DNA of 64,000 bases from Gammaproteobacteria bacterium. GTDB lineage: Bacteria; Pseudomonadota; Gammaproteobacteria; Eutrophobiales; Eutrophobiaceae. Shown piece after piece: positions 41,031-52,030 of the stretch (positions are counted from its first letter, which is position 1; the number at the start of each line of letters is the position of its first letter). The notes under the pieces were generated by a model. The model ran no database searches, was not told the DNA's origin, and was given only the letters and a program-made list of their open reading frames with translations. A program made the position numbers and the translations under genes. Location of the stretch: positions 2,238,507-2,302,506 of the forward strand of contig OZ244890.1 in assembly GCA_965221455.1 (NCBI GenBank), read 5' to 3'.

Positions 41031-41927
41031 TTAAATTTCATGGATTTCAAAAGAATTACCTGGCATTCCCCTGGCGGAACGGGAAGCCATGTCGATCTGT
41101 TTTAAAATAGTTTCCACCTTGCTAGTGTTGTTCGATATAAATACTGAAGCGATGCTAAGCGAAAAATCGATTATTCTGTCGTTTTCCCTAAAAGTCTCCT
41201 TATCGAAAATTGAACAGATGTTTTCGCATATGCCGCTGCCTTTATCATTTCCTCGATAAGAATGTATAAATATTGCGATACTCGAATCGCTAATTCTTGT
41301 TACGATACCAACATGTTTTGAGTGGGTAATATATTCCAAAAGTCTATCTAAAGTAAAATTTACAAATTTATCTGTTGACAACATGCCATTCTCATCACGC
41401 AGATTTTGGAATTTATCAATCTCGACCAGAATTATAATGTCTTTACTCTTGGCATGTTTAAGTGATCTGTAAAATTTCTCTTTGTTGTAAATGTGTACAC
41501 GTAATTGTTGTGTTTCCGACTTTTTGATTTCTTCCCGGTGTTTTATTAAGGTGGAATTAATAGATTCAAGCAGGCGCTTCCCGGTTAAGCCATCTTTTCG
41601 TAGATAATCCTGGGCACCATACTTAAATGCGTTGACAACCACTTCTTCGCTGCCTTGTGCTGTTAGCATAATCGTTGGGGGGGAATTCGACGAAATCTCA
41701 TACGTTCTCATCCACTCCAGGCCATTTTCACCATTACCAAGGTTATAATCGAGGATAATCAGATCGTACTTTCCCCAATTAAAATTTCCTGGGGGTTTGC
41801 CATCTGCCGGATCATAAGGATCAATTATCGCTCCGGGACAGACCTTGCCGAAAAAACTAATCAGGAGTTTTCTGAAATCTTCCGAGTCATCAATAACGAG
41901 TACATTATTTATTTTTGGGTTAGACAT
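41031..41927 (-). CDS. Response regulator receiver plus degenerate GGDEF-like domain
   Basis: 298 aa. REC with YDLIILDYNLGNGENG. The GGDEF position reads RISDSSIAIFI. The N-terminus is paralogous to 38158..39864. Confidence 0.7.
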   Translation of the reverse strand: MSNPKINNVLVIDDSEDFRKLLISFFGKVCPGAIIDPYDPADGKPPGNFNWGKYDLIILDYNLGNGENGLEWMRTYEISSNSPPTIMLTAQGSEEVVVNAFKYGAQDYLRKDGLTGKRLLESINSTLIKHREEIKKSETQQLRVHIYNKEKFYRSLKHAKSKDIIILVEIDKFQNLRDENGMLSTDKFVNFTLDRLLEYITHSKHVGIVTRISDSSIAIFIHSYRGNDKGSGICENICSIFDKETFRENDRIIDFSLSIASVFISNNTSKVETILKQIDMASRSARGMPGNSFEIHEI

Positions 41928-42019
41928 ATTTTAATAAATACAGCATGTATTTTGATTAAAATCCGCTGCCTGGCAGGCGGATTGTATCTGATGGAATACT
42001 TAATAACCAGATATCAAGT

Positions 42020-43006
42020 CTAAAAAGACACGATGGTTTTATGAGGTAACTCAGGCTCTTCTTTAACCAGTTTTGGTAGTAAATATCCTGGAAGCTGTTT
42101 TTGGACTTCGTTCATCAGTCGTTTCGCGCTTTGTTCATCGACCTCGAAATGACTCGCTCCTGTGACAGGATCCAGTAAGTGCAGGTAGTAAGGAATAATC
42201 CCGTAGTTGAACAGGGTTTCACTTAACTCTACCAGAATCTGAACAGAGTCATTAACACCTTTCAGTAAAACTGACTGATTAAACAGGGGAATATTATGCT
42301 GTCTTAATTTCAACAGGGCTTGTCCAACAGATGCATCCAGTTCATTCGCATGATTAATGTGTAAAACAATGATGATTTGTAGACGGGTCCTGGTTAACCA
42401 CGCCAGGCATTCATTATTGTTAATCCTTTCAGGCACGACTACCGGAAAACGAGTGTGGATCCGCAATCGTTTCAAATGTGAAATTTCTGCCAGTCTTAAC
42501 ACCAGGTCAGTAAGTCGTTCATCAGAAACAGACAAAGGATCTCCACCACTTAGAATCACTTCTGACACACTTGTCTCTTGTTTCAGATATGCGATGGCCT
42601 TGTCCAGATTTATGCCCATGGGATTCGAGTCGGAATAGGGGAAATGTCGGCGGAAGCAGTATCGGCAGTGAATTGCACAAGCACCTGTTAGTATCAGTAG
42701 TACTCGACCGTGATATTTATGTAATAAACCTGGAGAAATCTGTTTATTTATTTCATTGAGAGGGTCTGTAACAAAACCCGAGCTATTATTTTCTTCTTCC
42801 ACAGAAGGTAATATCTGTCGGAGTAAGGGATCATCAGGATTATCTTGATTTATTCTATCTACAAATCCCGATGGCACGCGCAGCGGAAAATCCCTATTCG
42901 CTTGTTTTGAGAACAATGAAGGATTGCCGATATTCAGTTTATTCAGCAGATCATGAGGTTCTGAATTCGCTTCCTGTAATATTTTTTTCCAACTTCGATA
43001 CTGCAT
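42020..43006 (-). CDS. epmB: EF-P beta-lysylation protein (lysine 2,3-aminomutase-like radical SAM)
   Basis: 328 aa. [11 protein letters not shown] radical-SAM cluster. Divergent from efp. Confidence 0.88.
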   Translation of the reverse strand: MQYRSWKKILQEANSEPHDLLNKLNIGNPSLFSKQANRDFPLRVPSGFVDRINQDNPDDPLLRQILPSVEEENNSSGFVTDPLNEINKQISPGLLHKYHGRVLLILTGACAIHCRYCFRRHFPYSDSNPMGINLDKAIAYLKQETSVSEVILSGGDPLSVSDERLTDLVLRLAEISHLKRLRIHTRFPVVVPERINNNECLAWLTRTRLQIIIVLHINHANELDASVGQALLKLRQHNIPLFNQSVLLKGVNDSVQILVELSETLFNYGIIPYYLHLLDPVTGASHFEVDEQSAKRLMNEVQKQLPGYLLPKLVKEEPELPHKTIVSF

Positions 43007-43098
43007 GTTTACCTTTATTTTTCGGTACTACGTGCCATATTTATTATATTAACGTTATTATACAGGGTTATTTTACAGAATATTTGGAAGAGATGTTC

Positions 43099-43668
43099 AT
43101 GGCAACGTATAACACGAGTGAATTTAGGGCTGGTCTTAAAATTATGGTCGATAACGATCCGTTTATCATTATGGTGAATGAGTTTGTGAAGCCCGGGAAA
43201 GGACAAGCATTTAATCGTATCAAGATGCGTAATCTGAAAAATGCCCGTGTTCTTGAAAGAACCTATAAATCAGGAGAATCCGTTGAAGCAGCCGACGTTA
43301 TGGATATGGGGCTGCAGTATCTTTACAATGATAGTGAAACCTGGTACTTCATGGATCAAACAACGTTTGAACAATATCTGGCGGATAAAACGGCTATAAA
43401 TGATGTTTCTCAGTGGTTAAAGGGTGGGGAGATTTGCGAAGTCACTCTATGGAACGGGACACCTTTATCCATTGCGGCTCCAAATTTTGTTACGCTTAAA
43501 ATCATGGATACCGATCCTGGTCTGCGAGGTGATACGGCATCGGGAGGATCCAAACCGGCAACACTGGAAACCGGTGCTATCGTGAAAGTGCCTCTGTTTA
43601 TCGAAAATGGAGAATTACTGAAGATCGACACTCGCACAGGTGAATATGTCGGACGTGTTAAAGATTAA
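43099..43668 (+). CDS. efp: Elongation factor P
   Basis: Start at [16 protein letters not shown] (ATG 43099; alternative ATG 43093). KPGKGQAF loop with the modified Lys. 189 aa. Confidence 0.92.
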   Translation: MATYNTSEFRAGLKIMVDNDPFIIMVNEFVKPGKGQAFNRIKMRNLKNARVLERTYKSGESVEAADVMDMGLQYLYNDSETWYFMDQTTFEQYLADKTAINDVSQWLKGGEICEVTLWNGTPLSIAAPNFVTLKIMDTDPGLRGDTASGGSKPATLETGAIVKVPLFIENGELLKIDTRTGEYVGRVKD

Positions 43669-43717
43669 ATCCCACCAAGATACAATCCGAATCAATTTTC
43701 AAGAAGTGAGTTTTTAG

Positions 43718-44692
43718 ATGTCAGAAACCTGGCGGCCTTATGCTGAATATAAATTAATTAAATTGAGATCCGAGATGCTTGCCAAAATTCGTCGGTTTAT
43801 GAATGATCGGAATATCATGGAGGTCGAAACGCCTGTTCTGTCCCGGGCTACGGTAGGTGACGTGCAATTGAATAGTTTCTGCACAGAGTATTCCAGCCCA
43901 CAACAAAGTTCTGACCAGGCCCTGTATTTGCAGACATCTCCCGAATACGCCATGAAACGACTATTAGCCTCATTTGGAACTGCAGATGAAGCGGGCGCCA
44001 TCTATCAAATATCCAAAGTATTTAGAAATGAAGAGCAGGGCAGACTGCATAATCCTGAATTCACGATGCTGGAGTGGTATCAGCGGGGTTATGACCATCA
44101 TCAGTTGATGAAAGAGACGGAATCATTTTTGAATCTTTTCGCTATTCATCATTGCGAGAAAATAAGTTATGGAGAGGTCTTTGTTAAACACACAGGGTTA
44201 AATCCACATACCTGCGCGATAGACGAGCTGGAGGCTATAGCGAATGAGCATGGTTTATCATCAAGCAGTGGAGAGCGTGCCATGTTACTGGATTTCATTT
44301 TTAGTCATAAAATAGCGGCGATATTAGGTGGCACACATCCGCTGTTTGTTTATGATTATCCGGCGTGCCAAAGCGCACTTGCTAAACTCCGTTGTGATTA
44401 TCCAGTTGTAGCTGAACGCTTTGAATTATTTATTAATGGAATGGAAATCGCCAATGGTTTCCATGAACTCACGGATGCGGATGAACAATTGGCCAGATTC
44501 GAGGATGATTTACACTTGCGAAAAAAAACAAAACGTTCAGATGTCCCTATTGATTATTTATTTCTGGATGCCTTGAGACATGGATTACCGTCATGTGCCG
44601 GGATCGCGGTTGGAATTGATAGATTGTTAATGGCTATAACAGGTATTCAGGACATTCGTGAAGTGATGACTTTTCCTGTCGAAAGAGCCTGA
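43718..44692 (+). CDS. epmA: EF-P lysine lysyltransferase (PoxA/GenX)
   Basis: 324 aa. Truncated class II LysRS-like: FRNEE...HNPEFTMLEWY, ELANGF-like EIANGFHEL. Confidence 0.88.
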   Translation: MSETWRPYAEYKLIKLRSEMLAKIRRFMNDRNIMEVETPVLSRATVGDVQLNSFCTEYSSPQQSSDQALYLQTSPEYAMKRLLASFGTADEAGAIYQISKVFRNEEQGRLHNPEFTMLEWYQRGYDHHQLMKETESFLNLFAIHHCEKISYGEVFVKHTGLNPHTCAIDELEAIANEHGLSSSSGERAMLLDFIFSHKIAAILGGTHPLFVYDYPACQSALAKLRCDYPVVAERFELFINGMEIANGFHELTDADEQLARFEDDLHLRKKTKRSDVPIDYLFLDALRHGLPSCAGIAVGIDRLLMAITGIQDIREVMTFPVERA

Positions 44693-44706
44693 TAGATAGA
44701 CTCACC

Positions 44707-46635
44707 ATGTCTGATATCAGTGATATTCTTTCCGCAACAGGTCCACTTGCGGATTGTATTGATGGCTATACCGCACGTCCACAGCAGCAGCAATTGGCAC
44801 AAACAATTTCTGATGTTATGCACAATGATGAGTCTCTGGTGTGTGAGGCGGGGACAGGCACAGGAAAAACTTTTGCCTATCTGGTGCCGGCATTGATGTC
44901 TGGCAAACGAATGATAATTTCGACAGGTACCAAACATCTACAAGATCAGTTGTATTACAAGGATTTACCGATAGTACGTAAGGCATTAGGCGTACCGGTG
45001 GTGACTGCACTGCTCAAAGGCAGGACGAATTATCTTTGTTTGCACCGTCTCGAAAATAGTGATGGGAATTTCCGTTATATTACCAGGGAAGATTTGTCAG
45101 ATATTTCCATAGTTAAACAATGGGCCGCAACTACAGACAAGGGAGATTTGGCGGAGCTCATCAAGTTACCTGAAGATGCAGCCATTCGTTCCAAAATTGT
45201 TTCAGGCACGGAAAGCTGTTTGGGACAAGACTGCAGTTTTTATGATGATTGTTTTGTCTTCAAGGCAAGACGCAGAGCAAATGAAGCGGAACTGGTAGTG
45301 GTTAATCATCATTTGTTATTGGCCGACATGGCATTGAAAGAAACAGGTTTTGGGGAAATATTACCTAAAGCAGACATGATTATTTTTGATGAAGCACATC
45401 AACTACCGGAATTAGCCTCGGAGTTTTTCAGCCAGACCTTAAGTAGCCGTCAATTCTCGGAGTTATTTGGCGATAGTACAGCCGCCTATTTGGCGGATGC
45501 CAATGACATGAAAGAAGTATTGGATGAAATAAATGAGTGTCAAACAAGTTTACGCAAATTCCGTTTAAGTTTCGGACATAAAGAAAAGCGCGTGGCATGG
45601 AGGGAAGTATCTTCCGAAAAAGAGGTCAAACAGGCATTGCAAGATTTTAGTGATCATTTGCGTGCATTAGAAAATTATCTCGATAATCTTGCCGGGCGTT
45701 CTAAACCGCTAGAGAATTGTTGGCGACGATGCAGCGGTATGATCGAAACCTTGCAGGCATTCATCAGCAGGGAAACTGAAGATTTTGTGCAATGGTTGGA
45801 AACCAGGGGGCAGGGCTTTTTACTGCATGAAACACCATTGGATATTTCCGCGATATTTCAGGCTCATTTGGAAGAACACGGATGCAAGAGTATTTATACT
45901 TCCGCCACGCTTTCTGTTACTGATGATTTTACTCATTTCTCCAATCAACTAGGTCTCTCGGGAACTGTTTCCCAAAGTTGGTCCAGTCCGTTTGATTACC
46001 AAAAGCAGGCACTACTTTATTTACCGCAGGGGATGCCCGATCCCAATGAATCTATCTACACAGAGGCTGTAGTGGATATGGCATTACCTGTGATTGCAAT
46101 GAGTCAAGGACACACATTCCTGCTGTTCACCAGTCATCGTGCCATGAACGAGGCTTATGATTTATTGGAAAAAAGAATTGATTATCCTCTCATGCGTCAG
46201 GGTAATATGCCCCGATCTGAGTTATTACGCTCATTTCGCAAGACAAAAAATGCTGTTTTATTAGGGACGAGTAGTTTTTGGGAAGGTGTTGATGTTAGAG
46301 GTCATGCGCTTACCTGTGTTATTATCGACAGATTGCCTTTTGCATCGCCGGATGATCCTGTATTCCGTGCACGCGCAGCCAAAATGCAGGAAAACGGGCA
46401 AAACCCATTTATAATGCACCAATTACCACAGGCTGTGATTAGCCTGAAGCAGGGTGTGGGGCGATTGATACGTGATGTCAATGATTACGGTGTGTTAATG
46501 ATTTGTGATCCAAGACTCAAGAGCAAATCGTATGGAAAATTTTTTCTGGAGAATTTACCTGACATGAAAAGAAGCTCGGAGCTTGCGGATGTTGATGCAT
46601 TCTTTTTTGAGAGGATGCAGGAGAATGTGCCGTAA
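44707..46635 (+). CDS. yoaA: ATP-dependent DNA helicase, DinG/YoaA family
   Basis: 642 aa. CEAGTGTGKTFAYLVPAL (Walker A), DEAH box IIFDEAHQL, 4-Cys Fe-S region (CLHRL...CLGQDCSFYDDC). Confidence 0.85.
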   Translation: MSDISDILSATGPLADCIDGYTARPQQQQLAQTISDVMHNDESLVCEAGTGTGKTFAYLVPALMSGKRMIISTGTKHLQDQLYYKDLPIVRKALGVPVVTALLKGRTNYLCLHRLENSDGNFRYITREDLSDISIVKQWAATTDKGDLAELIKLPEDAAIRSKIVSGTESCLGQDCSFYDDCFVFKARRRANEAELVVVNHHLLLADMALKETGFGEILPKADMIIFDEAHQLPELASEFFSQTLSSRQFSELFGDSTAAYLADANDMKEVLDEINECQTSLRKFRLSFGHKEKRVAWREVSSEKEVKQALQDFSDHLRALENYLDNLAGRSKPLENCWRRCSGMIETLQAFISRETEDFVQWLETRGQGFLLHETPLDISAIFQAHLEEHGCKSIYTSATLSVTDDFTHFSNQLGLSGTVSQSWSSPFDYQKQALLYLPQGMPDPNESIYTEAVVDMALPVIAMSQGHTFLLFTSHRAMNEAYDLLEKRIDYPLMRQGNMPRSELLRSFRKTKNAVLLGTSSFWEGVDVRGHALTCVIIDRLPFASPDDPVFRARAAKMQENGQNPFIMHQLPQAVISLKQGVGRLIRDVNDYGVLMICDPRLKSKSYGKFFLENLPDMKRSSELADVDAFFFERMQENVP

Positions 46636-46654
46636 TCAATAGCTGTTATTCAAA

Positions 46655-47032
46655 ATGAAGCTATCTCCTGGATATCTTGCCTGTTCTAGAATATTGTTCT
46701 GTATCACTGTGCTGATGATAACCTGTCTGGCGACAGCAGAATTAGAATCCACGGCTGTTGTGTCAGTCCAGGACAAGTTGAATCATTTTGTAGCCTTTCT
46801 TGTTTTGGCATTTTTGCTGGACTTCTCTTTCCCTGGTTCTCGTTTTAATACAAAAAAAATTCTCCTGTTGTTTTCTTATGGTGTCGGCCTGGAAGTTATT
46901 CAATATTATTTACCAAACAGAATGTTTTCATTATTTGATGTCGGCGCAAATATTTTGGGTTTGTTAGGCTATAGTTTGTTGATTCCATTCATTAAAAGGT
47001 TGCCTATACTTAAGGATCGGTGGGTCAAATAG
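46655..47032 (+). CDS. VanZ family membrane protein
   Basis: 125 aa, 4 TM. DKLNHFVAFLVLAF motif. Confidence 0.65.
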   Translation: MKLSPGYLACSRILFCITVLMITCLATAELESTAVVSVQDKLNHFVAFLVLAFLLDFSFPGSRFNTKKILLLFSYGVGLEVIQYYLPNRMFSLFDVGANILGLLGYSLLIPFIKRLPILKDRWVK

Positions 47033-47037
47033 ATATC

Positions 47038-47859
47038 ATGAGTAATCATTTTCAAATAAAATCACGGAATAAAGATTATACTGAGCTAATTCAGATCACG
47101 GATACGCATATTTTTGCTGATGCGAGGGACAGGTTTGATAACATTGATACCGGTGCTTCTTTAAACGAAGTGCTCAATCTGGCTAAAGCCGGTAATTGGT
47201 CAGTTGATGCTTTATTAGCAACGGGCGATCTTGTACACAACCCTAAAACATGTGCTTACGAGAGGCTTCTGCAAATATTTACCACGATTGAAAAACCGGT
47301 GTTTTGTTTACCTGGTAATCATGACTCTCCTGTATTGATGCATGAATTACTCAATAATCAGAATGTTCATACGTCAAAGTCGGTAGAAATTGGTCATTGG
47401 CTCATCGTGATGCTGGATTCTTTTCTGATAGATGCTCATGCGGGGGAATTGAAACAAGAAGAATTGAATCTGCTTGATACAATATTGTCAAGATATCAGG
47501 ACAAGCATGTACTAATATGCCTGCATCACCCCCCGGTCGAGATTGGTAGCACATGGATCGACAGTATGCGATTAAATAACGCAAACGAATTTTTTGCAGT
47601 ATTGGATAAATATATTCACATTAAAGCGGTGATTTGGGGGCATGTTCATCAGGAATTTAATTCTGAAAGGAGTGGTGTACGGCTGATGGCAGCACCTTCC
47701 ACCTGCGTACAATTTTTACCGGGATCCGGTGAATATCGTACAGACGATTATGCAGCAGCGGGTTATCGTTATTTAAAGCTGTATAATTCCGGCAAAATCG
47801 AGAGCTATGTGGTACGTTTGAATGTGAAGAATATTGAATGTGGACAAAGTTGCAATTAA
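47038..47859 (+). CDS. cpdA: 3',5'-cyclic-AMP phosphodiesterase (metallophosphoesterase)
   Basis: Start at ATG 47038, after the VanZ stop. DTHIF, GDLV, LPGNHD, HHPP and GHVHQ motifs. Confidence 0.85.
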   Translation: MSNHFQIKSRNKDYTELIQITDTHIFADARDRFDNIDTGASLNEVLNLAKAGNWSVDALLATGDLVHNPKTCAYERLLQIFTTIEKPVFCLPGNHDSPVLMHELLNNQNVHTSKSVEIGHWLIVMLDSFLIDAHAGELKQEELNLLDTILSRYQDKHVLICLHHPPVEIGSTWIDSMRLNNANEFFAVLDKYIHIKAVIWGHVHQEFNSERSGVRLMAAPSTCVQFLPGSGEYRTDDYAAAGYRYLKLYNSGKIESYVVRLNVKNIECGQSCN

Positions 47860-47973
47860 ATAGTAAGTCAGGGAACATCGCGGTGCAATATTTTTGCTGA
47901 TATCGGATTTTTGTCCGGCGGTGGGGTAATCCGGGGTCGATTTCCCCATGTTTAATTCGAAGGGTTAAAACTA

Positions 47974-48351
47974 ATGAGTGAGGTAAAATTCACAAAAGAT
48001 CACGTCTGGATCAGGCTGGATGACGACGACACAGCGACAATTGGGATCACGGATTATGCTCAGGAGCAACTTGGAGACATTGTTTTTGTAGAGTGTCCGC
48101 CTGTAGAAAAGGAATTGGGTATCGGCGATGAAGCCGTTATCATCGAATCGGTGAAAACAGCGGGTGAGGTAAAAATGCCGATATCGGGTACTGTCATTGA
48201 AACGAACGATAGTCTGACGGATGCACCAGAGATCATTAACGCTGATCCTGAAGGTGATGGTTGGCTGATGACAGTAAATATCATCAATTCGAACGAATTC
48301 GATACTTTAATGGACGATAGCGACTACGGAGAGTTTCTAAGTGAAATTTAA
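47974..48351 (+). CDS. gcvH: Glycine cleavage system H protein
   Basis: 125 aa. HVWIR, ITDYAQEQLGDIVFVE, ESVKTAGEV (lipoyl-Lys). Confidence 0.9.
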   Translation: MSEVKFTKDHVWIRLDDDDTATIGITDYAQEQLGDIVFVECPPVEKELGIGDEAVIIESVKTAGEVKMPISGTVIETNDSLTDAPEIINADPEGDGWLMTVNIINSNEFDTLMDDSDYGEFLSEI

Positions 48352-48478
48352 AGCATCTTCCCAGCTTAAGACAATGCTATTCGGATACCCGGCGAATAGA
48401 ATAAAAATCATTTAAATAGTATATATGGTATACCTGAATTCAATATATAGATAATTACAATACTTGGTATTTGTAAAT

Positions 48479-49144
48479 TTAGCTGGTTACCTTGTCCCTG
48501 AGATAGGTCGGCAAAGCGTCTGCGGCATCCACATACTCCCCACGTTTATATGCGTCTATCGCCAAGGTACATATATTTTCTGCTGAGGGATAATCCGCTG
48601 TTCTATAGTGGAGCAAGGATTCTCCCATGCGATCCTGAAGTTCTTGCGCGTAGATTTTCCAACCGCTGCCGACACCAAACCAGCTGGCAGATGTCGGGGT
48701 GTTGACGCAACTCGCCAGGCAAACACTTTCTTCTCCGACAAGGTGCATGATGTTACCGTTATCAGCCCGATATAGGGCCCAATAGACTTCTCCCATACGC
48801 GCATCTATCGCACAAGCGACCTGTTTCGATTCCGATATCGCCCCTTGCGCCAACGCTGCAAGCGTTGAAACAGGTACTACGGGGAGGTCGGCAGACATTG
48901 CCAAACCTTGAATCACTCCTGTCGCGATACGAATACCAGTGAATGCCCCCGGTCCACGGCCAAATGTCAGGGCATCAAGTTGAGTCAGTGAAATATCGGA
49001 TGTCGACAACAGATTATCGACCATGGTCAGAATCAACTCGGCATGTTGTCGTGGTGCGATTTCATATTTTGATGTGACAACACCATCAATATACAGGCAG
49101 GTCGAACAGGCTTCGGTCGCAGTGTCAATAGCGAGTATCTTCAA
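48479..49144 (-). CDS. tsaB: tRNA threonylcarbamoyladenosine biosynthesis protein TsaB
   Basis: 221 aa, TTG start. ILAIDTATEACS, GPGAFTGIRIATGVIQGLA. Confidence 0.88.
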   Translation of the reverse strand: MKILAIDTATEACSTCLYIDGVVTSKYEIAPRQHAELILTMVDNLLSTSDISLTQLDALTFGRGPGAFTGIRIATGVIQGLAMSADLPVVPVSTLAALAQGAISESKQVACAIDARMGEVYWALYRADNGNIMHLVGEESVCLASCVNTPTSASWFGVGSGWKIYAQELQDRMGESLLHYRTADYPSAENICTLAIDAYKRGEYVDAADALPTYLRDKVTS

Positions 49145-49231
49145 GAAAGTCTCTTAATATAGACGAACAGTTAGTTTTTTTAAATCCATGTTTGATTCCC
49201 AAACCCAGGTTCGTCGCATTATAATACCGTC

Positions 49232-50476
49232 ATGTTTAAACCTGTCGAAGTCTTTATTGGACTGCGTTACGTACGAGCGAAACGACGCAATCATTTTATA
49301 TCATTTATCTCTCTAATATCCATGTTGGGTGTCGGATTAGGTGTGATGGCTTTAATCACTGTGCTTTCAGTCATGAATGGTTTTGAAAAAGAACTCACAA
49401 AAAGAATTCTGGGTATGGCATCTCATGCTACCGTGGAAGAGCGCGGTAAATCACTGCAAGATTGGAAAACGTTGGCCACGGAAGTGGCACGTTATCCCGG
49501 TATCGTCGGTGTTGCGCCCTATATTCAGGCAGAAGGTATGCTGACACATGCCAAGGTTGTCAGTGGCACCGTCATTCGAGGGATCTTGCCCGAAGAAGAG
49601 CCCAAAGTGTCCGTGATTGCGGAAAAAATGATCATGGGCAAGTTTTCAAACCTGGTCGCAGGTGAGTATGACATTATTCTGGGCAAAGAACTCGCACGTG
49701 CACTTGGCGTAGCCGTCGGTGATAAAGTTACGCTAGTCGCGCCGCAAGTCAATATCACACCCGCCGGTATCTTACCCAGACTTAAACGCTTTACCATATC
49801 GGGTGTATTCGAGATCGGCATGCACGAATTTGATAGTGCGTTGGCACTGATTCATATGGATGATGCCATGCGCTTGTTCCGTAAACAGGGGCCTTCAGGC
49901 TTACGCCTGAAAACAGATAATATACTCACTGTCCCAACGGTAAGTAGAAACATTGTTGATCAATTACCAGGTTATTTCCGGATCACCGACTGGACACAAA
50001 GACATGCAAACTTTTTTCGTGCACTAAAAACGGAAAAAACCGTAATGTTTTTTATTTTAACTTTAATCGTGGCTGTGGCTACGTTTAACATCATTTCAAC
50101 CTTGATCATGACAGTTACTGACAAACAAGCCGATATTGCTGTGCTTAGAACAATTGGTATCAGTCCTAAAAGTATTCTGGCAATATTTATGATTCAGGGG
50201 ACATTAATCGGCATAGTAGGTATCTTGTTTGGCGCCACCATTGGCATATGGTTGGCTACCAATATAGAAACCATCATTCCCGCCGTCGAAAATATGCTGG
50301 GTATGAAATTTCTTTCAGCTGACGTCTATTACATCAGTGATTTACCTTCAGATATGCATTGGAGCGATGTTATTACCGTTAGTGTTGTTTCATTTATATT
50401 TTGCATTCTTGCAACTATCTATCCGGCATTAAGGGCAGCGCATACACAACCGGCTGAGGCCCTGCGCCATGAGTGA
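49232..50476 (+). CDS. lolC: Lipoprotein-releasing ABC transporter permease LolC/LolE
   Basis: 414 aa. [20 protein letters not shown], MacB-type periplasmic domain, FtsX C-terminus. Confidence 0.88.
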   Translation: MFKPVEVFIGLRYVRAKRRNHFISFISLISMLGVGLGVMALITVLSVMNGFEKELTKRILGMASHATVEERGKSLQDWKTLATEVARYPGIVGVAPYIQAEGMLTHAKVVSGTVIRGILPEEEPKVSVIAEKMIMGKFSNLVAGEYDIILGKELARALGVAVGDKVTLVAPQVNITPAGILPRLKRFTISGVFEIGMHEFDSALALIHMDDAMRLFRKQGPSGLRLKTDNILTVPTVSRNIVDQLPGYFRITDWTQRHANFFRALKTEKTVMFFILTLIVAVATFNIISTLIMTVTDKQADIAVLRTIGISPKSILAIFMIQGTLIGIVGILFGATIGIWLATNIETIIPAVENMLGMKFLSADVYYISDLPSDMHWSDVITVSVVSFIFCILATIYPALRAAHTQPAEALRHE

Positions 50477-51170
50477 GCGGACAAATCATCAGATCATTTC
50501 ATGTACCGATCTCCATAAATCTTATGCAGAAGGGGATTTAAAAGTCGATGTCTTACGTGGTGTCAATCTGGAAGTATTGCGCGGTGAGAGTATTGCTATT
50601 ATGGGATCCTCAGGTTCGGGGAAAAGTACTTTGTTACATTTGCTCGGTGGTCTGGATTTACCCGGCAAAGGAGAAATAATGATCGTCGGTAAAAATATAT
50701 TAAGCCTGAATGATGCAGAGCGCGGAAAATTACGTAATGAATCGCTGGGTTTTGTCTATCAATTCCATCATTTATTGCCGGAATTCACTGCGCTTGAAAA
50801 TGTTGCAATGCCTTTACTTATTTCGGATAAATGTGATGCAGAGGCGGCGACCAGATCAGCCGAAGAATTGTTAGATAAAGTGGGGTTGAGCGACCGTTTG
50901 TACCACAAGCCGGGAGAACTCTCCGGAGGTGAAAGACAACGTGCAGCAATAGCCAGAGCCATAGTCACCAGACCGGAATGTATTCTGGCCGATGAGCCGA
51001 CTGGCAATCTTGATGAGAAGACTGCGGATCAGGTGTTTAATCTGATGCTGAAATTAAAACAGGATATCGGTACCAGTTTTATTATGGTAACGCATAATCA
51101 AGGTTTAGCCGGGAAGATGGATAAAACTTATCGACTTCATGATGGATTGTTGGAAGCCGATGTTGGTTGA
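50469..51170 (+). CDS. lolD: Lipoprotein-releasing ABC transporter ATP-binding protein
   Basis: 233 aa. [34 protein letters not shown]. Overlaps lolC by 8 nt. Confidence 0.9.
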   Translation: MSERTNHQIISCTDLHKSYAEGDLKVDVLRGVNLEVLRGESIAIMGSSGSGKSTLLHLLGGLDLPGKGEIMIVGKNILSLNDAERGKLRNESLGFVYQFHHLLPEFTALENVAMPLLISDKCDAEAATRSAEELLDKVGLSDRLYHKPGELSGGERQRAAIARAIVTRPECILADEPTGNLDEKTADQVFNLMLKLKQDIGTSFIMVTHNQGLAGKMDKTYRLHDGLLEADVG

Positions 51171-51406
51171 TAGAAATATATCTTCATGAAGATTTAACAG
51201 GTTTAAGCAACACTGCTCGCCACGTTTTTCGGGTAGTCTTTCTGTTACATTTTTTGTGCGAGGTCCTGAGGTTGTTGCATAAAGATTACAGGAAAAAGAC
51301 TGTCGATGATGACGGTATTGGACAGATCTTACTTACCTGTTCGGTTGAGAACAGACATGTTTGTCTCCGGTTGATACGAGGGACTATATCCTTCGGATAG
51401 AAAACT

Positions 51407-51910
51407 ATTGAATTAGATAAAAACCTCCATGATTGGGAGTCTTTTGATTGTAGCGTGCCAGAACTGAACCAGTTCATAAAGGCCCAGGCTGTAAAATACA
51501 TGCGTGCGGGCATCAGTCACACGATGGTTTTGCCTGCTCAAACACCTTTGTAAAATCGGAAGCTACCTATTTGTACATTTCATGGTCTTGCACCAGGTTC
51601 GATAAATCGAGAATCTTTACCGAAGGCAAGAGTCAAAAAATTACCTCGGTATCCTGTCCCTGTTTTCTTGCCGACGCAGCTTGCCGTGCATTACGAGCAC
51701 CACGGCAAGGGTTTTGGAAAAATTTGTTTAACCAATGCTCTTAGATATTTGTTAGAGATAAATGCAGATATGAGAGCCTGTGCTATCGTCGTTGATTGCT
51801 TAACGCCAGATGCCGAAAATTTTTGTAAAAAATATGGCTTTGAAACACTCTGCCGGAACGATAGCCGTATTCGTATGTTTATGCCAATGAAGATAGTGGA
51901 AATACTCTTC
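51407..51910 (+). pseudogene. GNAT-family (TacT-like) acetyltransferase toxin, inactivated
   Basis: IELDKNLHDWESFDCSVPELNQFIKAQAVKYMRAGISHTMVL, then an in-frame TAA at 51551-51553, then KKLPRYPVPVFLPTQLAVHYEHHGKGFGKICL...CAIVVDCLTPDAENFCKKYGFE...RMFMPM. No ATG at the N-terminus. The natural stop seems lost (the ORF runs on to 52105). Confidence 0.6.
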
Positions 51911-52030
51911 AGCCAGATCTTGAAAAGAAAAGTCTTTTGGCGGCCAGGATCGTTTCTTGCCAAAACGAGTGGAACTGGTGTGGTAGGTAGAACCTGGATT
52001 CCACCATTGAGCAAGATAAAGTTTGTGGTG

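Noticed and set aside
42871-43098. N-terminal extensions of efp (track ORF from 42871) and of the DUF3501 gene (track ORF from 25948)
   Set aside because: The extensions overlap the neighbouring genes and lack homology. Internal ATGs give proteins of canonical length and N-termini.
47860-47973. Glycine riboswitch upstream of gcvH
   Set aside because: No GGAGAG...CACCG...CTCTGGAGAG-type conserved cores were found in the 114-nt leader.
51167-51400. 77-aa ORF upstream of the GNAT pseudogene as its antitoxin
   Set aside because: The sequence does not resemble RHH/DUF1778 antitoxins. Only fragmentary, frame-shifted traces (QILL.., LRTDMFVS) are visible.
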